Assembly: GCA_012295275.1 (NCBI GenBank)
Contig: CM022665.1
Span: 2,480,001-2,544,000, forward strand
Length of the DNA: 64,000 nt
Reading direction: 5' to 3'
DNA from: Chrysomallon squamiferum
Taxonomy: Eukaryota > Animalia > Mollusca
This document shows, piece by piece, positions 1-13,663 of the stretch (the stretch's first letter is position 1; every line of letters starts with the position of its first letter). The translations under genes were made by a program, and so were the position numbers. The notes under the pieces are model-generated. The model was not told the origin of the DNA. It saw only the letters and a program-made list of their open reading frames with translations, and did no database searches.

Positions 1-291
1 TAAGTTATTAATAAACTGCAGACAAAAGGACTTTGATGTTGATTTAAGACTAACTATATAAACTGAGGAAAAAATAGAGATGACTTAGCAGAGTAAATGT
101 CAACTAATTGTAGCAAAAAAACTGTTTTGTGTTTACTGCTTACAAATAAATGTTTAAATATTTCACATTAGTTATATTAGTCTGTTTATTTATTTATTTT
201 ATTGTACTGGTTTTGAAAAAAAAGAAAAGAATGGACGACATGAATAGCTCATCATCCTTTAAAGTTTGACTTTTGTGATTTGTCTTTGTAG

Positions 292-414
292 AGGTATCAT
301 CAGACATCAAATTAATCTTTCCCAACACAACCCAGAAGTCTGTTATACAAAATATGAAAAGTGGGGTAAAGATGTCAACTGCACAGTACCTCAATTTGCT
401 GGCCAAGGTGCCAA

Positions 415-452
<38 letters not shown>

Positions 453-3400
453 CCATATATTGTGTGTCATGTGATTGTTTTGGTATTGGATCGTTTAACA
501 TATAATTTTCAGTGATCTATAAGACAATTTCTTCTATTTTCAGACTTGGCAGTGGGTATTGCTTCCTTTTCTGTTATACCTCATAGAACGTGCAATACGA
601 TTTTGTCACAGCATGCAAAAAGTTGTTATAACAAAGGTCAGTTATTATATATATAGAAATTATTTGTGTTCTGTTAATGACTAATAACATTTAATTAAAT
701 ATCCAGAAATAAAATTTAGATTTTCAAGTTAACCTGAGATATCTTTAGGAGAATTTCTACCTCTATATTTTACTTATTTTATATATTTTTGTTTTCAAAT
801 TAATCTGATGTCTTCAAAGGCAGCCAAATAAATTATTTTAAAAATTAAAAACAAATTGTTAAATCTTCAAACAGGCAATTAAATGGCTGAAATGTTCCAG
901 TAATTCTTCTGACTGAAAAATAATATGATAGCAGCAGGCTTTCCCTAAATGAGCAGTTTCAGGTACAGCCCAAGTTTTGAAACTGTTGCATTTATAAAGC
1001 CTTGGATTTATTCCCATCCACGATTGACAGCATTCAACTGGACAGGGGTTATTTTTGAGGTCTGGCCTTGTTTTTGCTGAATCAGACCACTTTTCACGTG
1101 TAATGATACTGAATTTTCAGTGTAAGGCTGCCCAGACCTCCTGATGTTCCATCTCGTGGCAGGGTGTATTATCATGACTGATGGATGTGGCACATTAGGG
1201 AGTTGATCCTCACTTTTTCCTTTGTTGTACCATATCATGAGTTATCATTCTGCAAAATACAAATGACCTATACCAAAGAAAAACTTTGCATGATATATAT
1301 GCAATTATGTTGATATATTTAGTTTGATGACATTATTTTGCAATCAGGAAAAAAAAAAAAAAAAAAAAATGTATAATATAACTTCAATGCACATGACCCA
1401 AAAAAGTGTTTTTAAAATTATTTTTGCCTTAGAAATAGTATTTCCTTCCCTAATGACTAGAAAGGTTCAGATTGATCATTCTCAGAGATACTTCAATGCA
1501 ACATCAGTATTTAGTACACTGATCATGACCTCTGAAATTAGAACAGACAGTAGAACATAAATCTGTTTAACTGCAGTTAATCCTATTTGGCTAAAATAAA
1601 TTTTGTAAACTGGCTTTTTGAATTCAACTGAAAATATTTTGTTGTTTTTTCTTATCATGTAGGTGATAAAACATCCTTCCAGAGTGTTTGAGCTGCAAAT
1701 GAAGAAAAGTGGTTTCAAGTCAGAACCTGGTCAGTATGTGTTTATGCAGTGTCCTTGCATTTCTCGTGTGGAATGGCATCCATTTACACTAACTTCAGTA
1801 AGTCATATTTATGTATTTTTCTGTAATTCTGATTGATTGTAATTCTAAACACAAACACATTTATTTATGCTGAATTATTATAAAAATTCCATGAATTTCT
1901 TAAAGTGTAAAGATTACTTTAAAATATAAAAACAAGATAAAACAAGGCCAACTCAAAATAAAACAAAATAAACTGATAAAAATATATGAGATTTACAAAG
2001 CTCTCTTAACAAAAGAATTTGTTTTGGTTGAGAATGTGCAGGCATGTCACTGGGATGTTTTCAATGTTAAATCTTCAGTATCATTTTTAGTCTCCAGATG
2101 AAGACTTCTTTTCTGTCCATATTCGCCAAGTTGGGGATTGGACAAAATCACTTGCAAAAGCTTGTTACATTGATGAAGCAGAATTTCAAGATGCTTGGAA
2201 AATGCCAAAGTAAATTTATTTGTGTTTAGTTTTAAATTGTTTATCAATCATCTTTGTCTATGTAAATGTAATAATTTTACTTCATGGTAAGAAATTCTTC
2301 TTTTTTTTCCGTATCATCACATTTTAAAAATAAATCATAAATACTGAAAATAATCACTTAACAATGAATATTTATAATTTGGGAATATTTCTTACTAAAA
2401 TCAATATGAATTTTTAGAATATAACCAAACTATTTTGTTTTCAGAATAGCAATTGATGGACCATTTGGTACAGTCACCGAGGTATATGACATATAATTCT
2501 ATTTATTTAGACATAAAACATTTTACATTTCATCCAGCTTAACATTTAACAATTTAATTCAAGTTTAATATCTTAATGCTGTATTTTAAATTAGAATAAT
2601 ATTAACTGTCTATCAATAGTATGTTTTCTGTTGTGCTGTTCAGAACTGATGTGGTGCATTAAAATTGATATTTAACTTTCCTGAAATTATATATAAAAAA
2701 TTTTGGTTGAATGATAGAACTGTCTAAACAGAGCTTAGATTTTTATATTTTTACAGGATTTTCTACATTATAAAGTATCAGTGTTAGTGGCTGGAGGAAT
2801 AGGTGTGACGCCATTTGCATCTGCACTGAAGCATATCTGGTAAGCAAAAAACCAATAGATTAATGACTTAAGCTTGAAAAACTAAATCTGAATTATTTTT
2901 ATATTAATTTTAATATTATTGATTTTACCATTCAATGCAAAATTAACATGGCCCAACAGTTGTTATAAAATAATAGTTACCTGTTTAAGTATTTATTTTG
3001 TAACAAGCAATACTGTTACATAAATACTTTAGTAAAATTTGCATTGATCCTAAAATTATTTGTATTGTTATTTTTATAACATCGAAACACATATCTATGA
3101 TCAGAATTATTAAATTAACTAATGAGTCTCGAGTTATTACCATATCAATATCACTTTGTTGATTTGTGTTATTTTGTATTTCAAAAGTAATTATTAATTT
3201 CAATCTTTTACCAGCCAAGTGAAAATATCAGTGTTTTCTTTCTCTCTTCTTTTTTAATTGTAGTTCTATTAATTATCTGTGTAGATATAATGTAATTTTT
3301 AAAAGGTACAAATACCAAGATCCTAAATGTGAGCTGACTCTAAAGAAAGTCTACTTGTACTGGATCTGCCCTGACACACAAGCTTTTGAATGGTTTCAGG

Positions 3401-3976
3401 ATCTTCTCCTCTCTTTGAAACTCGGATGCAGCAGCAGGGAATAAACAACTTTTTCTTCTACAACATTTACCTAACAAGAGGCTGGGATCTGAATCATGTA
3501 GGAACATCTATGATTTCTTATATATTCTAGCATTGAACTCTTATCTCTCTTGTATATCTTTAATCATTTTCATAATGAACTGGCTCTGATTTTTTTCATT
3601 TTCAGAATATTAACAAATGATCTTGAATCAACAAGCTAAATTCTCTTTTTTATTCATTTATTTATTATTATTATTTTTCTTTTTGAAATTTTATGCAATA
3701 TTTTTAAGTGAATATTTTCAAAAAAATTGGAATAATTAAGAAGTTAATAAAACTGTTATTTCAGGCAAAGAATATAATTCTGCATGATGAAATGAATGAG
3801 ACTGATCCTGTTACTGGTTTACAACACAAAACTCACTACGGCAGACCTCAGTGGGATACCATATTTAAGTCATTTGTCCAGCACAATCCTGGGTTTGTAG
3901 CTCAACATGTTTTTAACAAGTTTTATTATGTTGTTAATTCAATTTGTTCCATAAAACTATACACATACAAATAATT

Positions 3977-4012
<36 letters not shown>

Positions 4013-4387
4013 ATGTGGTTTTTTTATGTTTGTTGTAAAAAAATGTCACAGTATTTGTTTTTATTTGAAAACTGCCAGCTCAGAGATGAGATGTCCAGTT
4101 ACAGGGTCTAAAGTTATAAGTTTCAATCTTCAGAAACTGACAAATGCTGAAACAATACTTTCATAAACAATCATGTAAAGAAAGATAAAATTAATATTTA
4201 TGTATAAACTGTTGTTTATGTATAATTCTGAATGCAAAGAATTTTCGTTTTTTTTTTCAGAGAAAAGATTGGAGTTTTTTTCTGTGGACCAAAAAGTCTT
4301 TCAACAGATCTTCACAAACTTTGTAACAGATATTCACAATCTGATACTAATGGGACAAAATTTGTTTATAATAAAGAGAATTTCTGA
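292..4387 (+). CDS. CYBB: NADPH oxidase, NOX2/gp91phox (CYBB)-like; 3' portion only (5' exons lie upstream of the window); apparent 1-nt frameshift at about 3417
   Basis: GT-AG exons 292-415, 544-636, 1663-1797, 2091-2209, 2445-2481, 2757-2839, 3306-3497, 3765-3892 and 4261-4387 (TGA). They translate to [37 protein letters not shown] (FAD binding), [20 protein letters not shown] (NADPH binding), [38 protein letters not shown] and terminal NKENF. This is colinear with recalled human NOX2. Family assignment is secure; orthology within NOX1/2/3 is not resolvable by eye. Confidence 0.93.
3979..4009. repeat. (TA)n microsatellite
   Basis: Perfect TA run in the last NOX intron. Confidence 0.95.
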
Positions 4388-5709
4388 AGTCACTGCAATG
4401 ATCTGTGAATTAACTTTTTTTTTCTAATGACTGAAATGGACTTCTAGTCATTCGGCCAAATAAAAGTATCAGATATTTTCTAGTGAAGACAGATAAATAT
4501 GAATTCTTTGGAATTTATTCAACTGATAGTTGACATATCAACATGTTGCAGTACACACCTTTATAAAGTATTTGGTTTGATAGTGTACATTACTGGAATT
4601 GTGAGGTTTTTCACAAAATTAATTGAATTTTTAGAAACTATAAACTTGACTCCATTTTGCAGGTGGCAGCATTTTTTGGCTTTTGTGTCTAAACTTTTCA
4701 TGTGTATGCACTGTGTGCACTCGAGGTACTGCTTATAAGGGTAAAAAAAGACAACATGTTAATACACATTTATGTATCAAATTATTCAGTAAATGTGAGT
4801 GAAGTTGATTTTATATGTATTTATCCACATTCCCCACAAGCAGAAATGCACACCTGTATAATAATTTGCATACATACTGTTCACACTTCATACAGACATA
4901 TCCATATATCACTACTGATAATCTACATAATTCTGTCATTTTTGTACTATAATTATAATTTATAGTTAGGGTGAGATTGTAAACTAATAAAAAATGACAA
5001 GAATTAACCTGTTATACAAGTGTATCACAGATTAACATCTAAATAACATTTTACCCCAAAATTATTTTGATAACTATTTTTTGGAAACAATTTTACAACT
5101 TGTTCCTTTTCCATGTGCAAGATTAACTTTTATTTCAGATATATTTTTACAAAGTAATAAATATTTATGCAATTATTATTTTGTTGGTTTTTTTTTTTCA
5201 CTGTATAATCCAGTGAGGAGAATGAATAAGACTTTATGATTTACAGTATTTTTAAAACTTGTTCACAAAACATAAAAACGGTTTATATTGTGCATATACT
5301 GTTCTTATATACATATTTAAATGACTTAAGACATATATTGTGTTCACTTCCAAAAAATTGTTTACTGATTTCTAATTTGCTCTGTAATGATATCAAGTCC
5401 ACTGCTGAAGAAAGCTAAAGCAGGTGGTCTTATAATTTTACGTAACTGCAAAATAGGTGTTGGTTAAATAGATGTTTTGAAACATTTCATCAATCATGCT
5501 TTACTCTGTCAATAAAATCTATTATCCCCACCCCAAGTGCTAATAATAATGTAATAAAGTAAAATGTCATAAATAACCATTTATAAAATATTATTGTTTA
5601 TGTAAACCTGTTAACAATCACTTTGAGGAAAATGGTTCCCTACATTTAATTCAATACATTATTTTTGATAAATACTGTTCACACATTATATATATAAACC
5701 ATTCAAATC

Positions 5710-5950
5710 AGTTCCCAGAAAAGCATTTCCTGAAAGCAAGGATTCAATGAAATATTTTTTAAAATGCTGAGAATAACCAGTACCATAACTTTTTGTACAT
5801 TTATAGGCTTGAAGTAAAGGAGCAATGTACAGCTTCAGTCAAATTTTTTTCTTCCAGTGCAATGAGTATTTTGAGCAGTGTCTGTTTGAAACACTCTACA
5901 GACACATTCCCCACTGGATGTCATGATTTTTCAAAACTGGAAAGTATAAT
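5710..5950 (-). mobile_element. Degenerate Gypsy-like LTR retrotransposon integrase fragment
   Basis: The minus strand reads, across a frameshift and stops, HPVGNVSVECFKQTLLKILIALEEK..KLYIAPLLQAYKCTKSYGTGYS..NAFLG. This matches the Gypsy rve core pattern YHPQGNGxxERFNxTLLxMLxxL..W..L..AYNCT.H.STGYSPF. Confidence 0.6.
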
Positions 5951-6925
5951 TCTTCACTCCAGATGTTCATGTCATGTACTATCACTATTACATAGAATTT
6001 AAAAACGTAAATTGGATGCTTATCTTGATGTTCACTACAGTAACGTAGATTGGAATATTAAAAACTGCATGTCAAATACTACAGTTTTGTCAATGTTTAC
6101 AGCTTTTTCTTACAGATTATTGGTGTTTATCTTTTATTTCCCTGACCAGAAACTTGCACAATTTATATAGGATGATTATGTTATTCTATACTGAATAGAA
6201 GAGATAGGTTCAGCACTGAACTAACTCTAGCACGAGTTGTGTTAAAGTATAGCGGAATGAAATGCATAATTCATAATTGAAAAGTTGAAGCAAACTACGA
6301 TATACTAAATATTCATGCCAGAAGACGAGTTTGAAAATTGTAGACGGATTCATAAACAGTACAATTCGAATGACGCTTTGATGTTGTTTAACTTATTAGA
6401 ACTTTAGTATTTTTAATTACTTTTAAGTTGAAAATTCTGTGCGCGCGCGTGTGGAAACTAAACAATAATGACTTTAAAATTAAAATAAAATATACCATCA
6501 TAGTTTTATTTCTTAAAGGGATAATATTTTATTATGAAATTAACCAATAATTATGAATATATTATATACTATATTATATATATAATATAGCGTGACGTTT
6601 CTCGTTACATTTAATTTATGATTTACTGACGTTAGCCAAGAAACACTGGAACACTGCCAAAAAAAAAATACGTTTGTTCATTACTCATTGAAGTACAGAG
6701 AACAGCGTGATTAAAGTTAAATGAAGCGTCAATTATAACAAAGTAAATAAAATTAAGAGTAAAAATTGAAAAAAATCCTGCTTTAAACCTACAGTGTCCA
6801 TTTATACTATGATGCACATCTCGAGAATATTCGTGATCTCTCGCGTGAATTCCAAGTATCACGTTATTGTGGGATTTGGAGGAATACTCGGACCCCCCTA
6901 TAGAGGCTTAGGGTTTATTATTGAG

Positions 6926-6932
6926 TATAAAA
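6926..6932 (+). promoter_or_regulatory. Candidate TATA box of GTF2A1
   Basis: TATAAAA lies about 100 nt upstream of the ATG at 7032, within a locally CpG-rich region. A TCTCGCGTGA element at 6839-6848 is one mismatch from the TCTCGCGAGA housekeeping motif. Confidence 0.4.
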
Positions 6933-7031
6933 GACAGACAGTGGCAGAGCAGGTTGGCTTCCAAGAAGCCCGCTTGCCATTGAAATCTGTGCAAGATTTA
7001 ATAGTAATTTTATTATCATTAATATTAAAAT

Positions 7032-10000
7032 ATGGCAACTTCTAATTCTGTGGTGAGTAATTAACGAAAATATAAATATAAATGACAGCTTTATTATCTT
7101 ATTAAAAAAACAACAGATTTTTGGAGGTGTAATTTAATTTAATATATAGGTTAGCCATGAATACTCCGTTCTAGACTATTGCGTATATTGAACAGAACTT
7201 TAGGCCAGCGACAGTTTATATTTTAATTTTAATTTTTTTTTTAAACATTCATTGTCATCATAAAAATAAGAAAAATGATTAATGTGTTACATAACAAGAT
7301 GTTTGTTTCTAATATAAACCAGCTCCCATTCGTGATCAGGCAGTTTAGCCTAGATCTACCCTTTCTTTGAAGTTTTACTGAATGTTTTATTCCGATTTTT
7401 TTGTTTTACTGCCAATACAGATGTAAAAATGTTATGTAAAACTATATAAAGTCATTTTCACTTGTTAAATTTTCAAAATTTTGATTTTCTTTTTTGATCA
7501 CATACTTTTCCGCATTTATGGTCTTCTACAAAGCCGGTGAAAATAAAATTTGTTACTCGGTTTTAAATGAAACGATGCAAGCATTGCCTAGCAATTTGTA
7601 CATAGGGTTATTACTTTCAGGTCATTTTAAAAATTATTTCAAAAATTTTGTCGGATTATTGTTTGTTTTGATAAATCTGCTGTATAACAAACAAAAATAA
7701 AATAATAATAATAATATATATTACAGCAATTACAATTTACACAGCTTGTTTAACTGTTTCTTGAAAATGAATGCTGGCTAACTTAAGTGTCATTCAAACA
7801 ATACCATTGTTATTACACACTCAGAGCATAGTAAAATCCTGGTGTATTTCACAATTTAACATTGACTTTATTATTAAATTCATGTTCTGTGAGGTTAGTG
7901 TCTGATTACCAGGGCTACATTAAGTTAAAGTGGATCCTGTAGCATAGTTATAGAGGGGCCTTAATTTAAAAACCAAAACCAAAACAACAAAAATTATTTA
8001 CCAACATAGTAAAGTAAATAGTGTTTTTAAAATTTATTTTTCTTCATTTACTATATTGTCAGATAATACAAGTATGTCTGACATTTAAGTTATAACATTA
8101 CTTACATGCAGATAATCAAATTCAAATGTTAAAACATAACAAAACTATATATTAAAAGTTATGTTTTCTAAATTTGTTGATGATACTATCTGTATCTTGT
8201 TACTAATAACACCACTAATCATTATGTGCCATGAAACACTTTCTGTGTAAAGAACAGAGTTGTCAGGTCGTTAAAAGTTGATTTCTGCATTCATCTTGCA
8301 AGCATTTTGTTCTCACATGGTGCTTCTGCTTCTAGGTTAATTCAGTCATGCTAATTACTAAGATTACAGAAACAAAATAATTGAAAACTAGCCTTTTCTG
8401 CTCTTATATGATTAGAACTGTGAAATGAAATTTACATTGTCATAATAATAACTTCAGATATTACACCATTAAATTATTTTAAAATGACACTGAATTTCAT
8501 ATTTTCACTATTATTTCCATCACTGCTTGATAAAAATGTTATCCTTGGGAAAAAAAGGTCTGGCCCTAACATCTTGATCTGAAATGTCTGCTGTCAAACA
8601 TTTCCTGCATTACACTGTTACTAATGAACCAACCTGATGTGCACAACCTGGAGATAAGAAGATTTTCTGATCTTGGTTACTCCAGCACGAAATAGCTGCC
8701 CGTATAATTTAATAAAGATCTGTTTCTCAAAAATAAATGAGTATATCAGAGTACACTAAATTACTGGACAAAATGAGGAAAATGTGTTTTAATACTTCCA
8801 AGAATAGCTGTATTGTTTAACTAAGAAACGTAAGAAAAAATTAACAAATTATGGAAGGTTCTGAAAATATGACTACTGACAAATTAAAAAAAAAAAAAAA
8901 ATTATTAGTGAGATAATGCCAAATTTGTGTTGTACCTCGCCACCAGTATGAAAATAAATATCATTTTCATTTTAATATTACAGCAGAGAAAAAAAATATC
9001 TTTCTCAAGCAAAAGAGCAAATTTGTTATTGGACTCCTAGAGTTACTATTTTGTCAGCTGTTTTGACAGTTTCAAGCAAAATAAATTATTTTTCTGAAAA
9101 TCCTAGAAAAAAATGTTTATGGTCAGCTGACATACACTGCCATTCTTTATGTTGTGACGAATTGCAAAAGAGAAAATGTTTTGAAGCAATGCTCTTCTGT
9201 TATTAGATAAGATCAGTTGTACAAACATCACTACCATTTCCACCCACCCACAAAATATATATATATATATATACAGAAATTCCAGAAAAATGTACAAAAA
9301 CATGTGCCTTTTGTTAAATCAACAAAGATATTATTAAAATTATAAATACACAATAATATATGTATTTTATTGTTAACTCAAGATGTATTATTTTAATGCT
9401 AGTTGAAAAAATATATATACAGTTACCAGACCATCTGTCTTATTTCCAGGACAGTATTAATGTTTATCTGTTTAATTCCATTCCATTTTTTAGTTTTCAT
9501 TCTTACACTATTATAGAAAAATTAATAATCTTTTGAGGTATTTTTAACATTTTGGAGGGAAATCATGTATGTTTTAAAATTTTAATTTTTGTAAATTTTT
9601 CATACTCTTTAAGGGGCCTCTGTATAAAACTGTTGTGGAAGATGTCATAAACAGTGTAAAAGAAGCATTCCTGGATGAGGGGGTTGATGAGCAGGTACTG
9701 CTGGAGTTGAAACAGGTTTGTTTAAATGTGTTCTTTTTTTAAACATTAGTTATCAGTTAATTCAATAAACACATTACTTTGATGTAAATAAAGTACTGAT
9801 AATTATAATGCATTCCCAAAGGTGTTCATTAAAGTATGAATTTCCACATTTTCATCCATACAAGATGTTTTCGTGTGGAAAAATATCTCCAGTGACACAT
9901 TCCACACAAAAAGGCATACTTTCATATACTACGAAGGCTAGTTAATTATAAATGTTAACACGTACGGAGGTAGGTAGGTTGCAGGCAGACATGCATTTCA

Positions 10001-13000
10001 TGATGATGTACTTATAAATGCTAGCTTGTTTTCTGTTTCAGCTATGGGAGAGTAAGCTCCAAGCATCCAAAGCTTTGGATCCAGTTGTCAGTGAACAAGA
10101 TAATTTGCTTCAGAAACATCCATTAACACTACTCCAACAACACACACATCAAGGTTTTGTTGTGTTTCTGTCCATGTTTTACACATTATATCTTTCTTAC
10201 TATAAATATTTTAAATTCTGTGGTTTTAAAAAAAAAGTTTTAGTTTACAATATCATAAACTCTTGATAAGAAATTTTATAAATATTTGATCTGCAGATTT
10301 TATACCATTTAAGTTCTTTAAAATTTAATATTTTTTTGAGGACAAGTGATGCTTAATAGACCATTGACTTAAAAAAAAAGAAGTATTTATGTAGATTAAT
10401 GTGTTGTTTAATACTCTGTTACTATACTATTCTGTTTTAGTTATGCCAGGTGCATCACATCAAATCAATCAGTCTTTACAGTTGCCTGCACTACAGATGA
10501 CAAGTGTTGGTCAAGATATGGTGAGAAAATGTCAAACAGTTACATTAATATTTAATTTGTTATTGGTGAGCTAATAAAAAGAAATTAACCCACAACATTT
10601 TAAGTGTACATAAATACATAAAAATCGACAGATGAGAAAAACCGTGTGTCAAAATCATATGTGAAATAACAGTAAAAATTAGACTTTTTTTTATTCTTAT
10701 ATTGTTTTTGTTTTTTTCTTTCTTAAATTTGAAAATAATGCTTGATATATAAAATTCTAATAATTTACTTTATATTGCAGGGTGCAGCAGCAACAGCAAC
10801 AATGGCCCTTCCACAAGGCCTCTTCCAACAGCAGTTTACAGCTCTTCAGAATGCTAATACAATAGCTTTACAACCAACAGGTAAATGCTAGTGTCTGTTA
10901 GAATTATCATGTCTGACAGTAAGAATACATGTTTTGGAAGAATGTCATTAGCTGTCAGTAACTATTTATTAGTTTTCATCTGTTTGGATTAATTAATAAA
11001 GTTATATGTTTATTACAGCTGTACACATATATAGCATAATGAGAGTAGTTCTGTAATTTAAATTTTTTATTTCCCCCTTCCTCAGCTGGAGGCCAGTACA
11101 TTCAGGTGTTACCTCAACACTTGCAACAACATCAGATTCAAAGACATCCTCAAACATCCACAATAACAATACCACACCAGACGACCATATTACCAAGCAA
11201 TATCCAGCCATCTAATGTTCAGATATCTGGCACACAAGTACAGCAAAATAATCCTGTAAGTAGTTATTTTACTGAGGTGGGTGACATTAATTATTAGGGA
11301 TATAACAATTAGTCATTTACTCTGTGTGTCCATCTTTGTATTGATAGTTTAAATAAATATTTTCATGAATGGAATACAGTTATAAATTAATGATGGAATC
11401 ACTCAAAGTTTCGTCTACAATTTAACAAATTAACTTATATCACTAATTTAAAAACCTGTGTAGGATATATATTTTTTATTTTATATTTGTTATATAACAA
11501 AAGAAAGACACCAAGAGCCAATTATTTTGGGGCTGGGACATTTTTAATGAACCTTCTATCTTAAATATGATAGAAGTTAACAGAATATATAATACAGAAT
11601 TTAATTTTCAGTTCTATTTTTATGGATACTTTTCCTTCATTTTCAGTAATATTAATAAATATAAAAATTAGTTGTACATTGTCATTTATTTTTTCTGATG
11701 CATTTCACTGTTCCTGGTGATGTTTCCCTTGGTTCCTTGTATGATTTTAATCATTATTTCCTTAATACATAGCCAACAACAGATAATGTTTACTGATTTC
11801 AGACAATACCGGGTATGGTACAGTTTGATGGGACTGGTGACACTAGCTCATCAGAAGATGAGTTCAATGATGATGAGAATGATGATGATGACAATGATGA
11901 AAATAATGAGGAGGAAGATGGTGCAGGACAAGAGGAAGTCAGTATAAGAAACATTATATTAACAGAATGTTTTCTTCTTCTAGCTTTTATTCTGTTGTAA
12001 ATAGATTGTATTTTACACAACCTGATATCAAATACATTATTGAAAAATATTTTATAATGTGAAACTGTTCTGTAGAAGTTTTCTTTTTCTTTTCTTTGTG
12101 TTCAGGTTTTGTATTTGAATTATTAGTTATAACAAAAACAAACAAGGGTGAGAAAGAGGAAAGAAATGGAAAATCTATAACCTTATAGCTCAGTATCTGT
12201 ACCATACATCTTGTAAGTAAACCAGTTTCTCTGGCAACAAGATCAGCACTTTTTCTGTAAGCATTCTCATTTCAGAGAGAGTTCTGAACATTCTACCTAT
12301 CACTTTCAATAAAAGATTGCATGTAACATTACTAAATGATGACAACATGCCATTTATGTTATCAGGTTGTTTACAAGACTTTTCTTCTGAAACATTGAAC
12401 AGAACTATTGCCACATGATAATGTTTTGTATTACAGTAGCATTGTGCTTCCTTGTAGCAATAAATAACATTTTTAGATACAGGTAAATCTGAATTAAAAA
12501 AACAACAACGTACATTTTTACTGTAGTTTCTTTTTAATAGCATTATTTCATAATCACATCCATATTATAATATGTCTGTTTTCAGTCTTGTGCCAGTTTT
12601 TCATTCATACCAAATTAACACTCTACCACATATTTAAGGTTTTCTTTGGCAAAGCAATAATATTTAGCTTGAATACAGCATCATAAGAATTTTGTTTGCG
12701 TTTCAGCATGATTATATATGGAAATAAACATCTTTGAAATAATTTGCAGTTCAAAAAAAGCCTGTATACTAATAACTCTAGCGAAGAATGTAATTTTCTT
12801 TCTTTTTTTTTCTTTTTTTTAATTTCTTTTTTGTTGTTTTTATAGAAATTATGTCAAAGTTAATCCATGTAATAGCTTGTTGGTTACTGAGCCAGTACAA
12901 AAGCTGGTATTTGTTAATTATGTTGATGTAATTTTGGAAGTCGTTTCAGTGTGCAAGTATTAAAACAGTAACCACTGTCCATATTGTTTCCACATTTAAA

Positions 13001-13663
13001 CACCTGTTGCTCTTTCCTGTGTATTTATAAATACCAGGACAAGAAAAATCATTCACTGATTTCATGTTAGCAAAACTAATCCACTGGGTCTTTTAGCAAA
13101 ATCATTGTGCATTTGTAAAAACTACTTTAAATGAAGCACATGTAATACTTTTTGTTTCTATTGGCAATAAATATTATAGAGAAAAGTAGTAATGTCATTG
13201 TCAACATACAGCTTTCTTTATTTCATGAAACCATTATTTAAAAAAGAAAAAAAAAGAAAATTTTTATATAATACATTTGACTTATAGGTGAAGATAGGTT
13301 GTAAAGATAGGTTTTTTTTTTTAACAGGAACCTTTAAACAGTGGTGATGATGTCAGTGAAGAAGATCCAAATGATTTGTTTGATACAGACAATGTGGTTG
13401 TGTGTCAGTATGACAAGGTAATGGAAACAGAAATTCCTTTCAGTTATTAAAACATTTAAAATGAACAGAATTACGAAATGAATTTTTTTTTTTTTTTAAA
13501 TTTAAATTTAAAACCTGTAAATGCTTTTTAACTGACTTTTAAAATTTTCTTTCAGATACATCGAAATAAAAATAAATGGAAATTTCACTTAAAAGATGGA
13601 ATAATGAATCTCAATGGAAGAGATTATGTATTCCAGAAAGCAACAGGTGATTCAGAATGGTAA
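7032..13663 (+). CDS. GTF2A1: General transcription factor IIA subunit 1 (TFIIA alpha/beta precursor)
   Basis: Phase-consistent exons 7032-7052, 9614-9715, 10042-10153, 10441-10520, 10781-10880, 11086-11255, 11803-11937, 13328-13417 and 13556-13663 (TAA). N-terminal LYKTVVEDVINSVKEAFLDEGVDEQVLLELKQLWESKL, a Q-rich linker, the QFDGTGD cleavage site, an acidic tract, and C-terminal EPLNSGDDVSEE..LFDTDNVVVCQYDKIHRNKNKWKFHLKDGIMNLNGRDYVFQKATGDSEW. Confidence 0.97.

Noticed and set aside
3410-3425. Programmed -1 ribosomal frameshift in NOX
   Set aside because: There is no canonical X XXY YYZ heptamer or obvious downstream structure. A matching homopolymer deletion in HEATR5B makes sequencing error the simpler explanation.
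11799-12020. Ser-rich antisense ORF and Met-rich alternative-frame ORF
   Set aside because: They are shadows of the (GAT)n/(GAA)n acidic exon of GTF2A1.
12190-12543. 117-aa antisense ORF in a GTF2A1 intron with faint resemblance to an L1/Tx1 endonuclease (VAIVLFN..D.ING)
   Set aside because: The diagnostic LQETH, NIYAPN and GDFN motifs are absent, so it is too weak to call.
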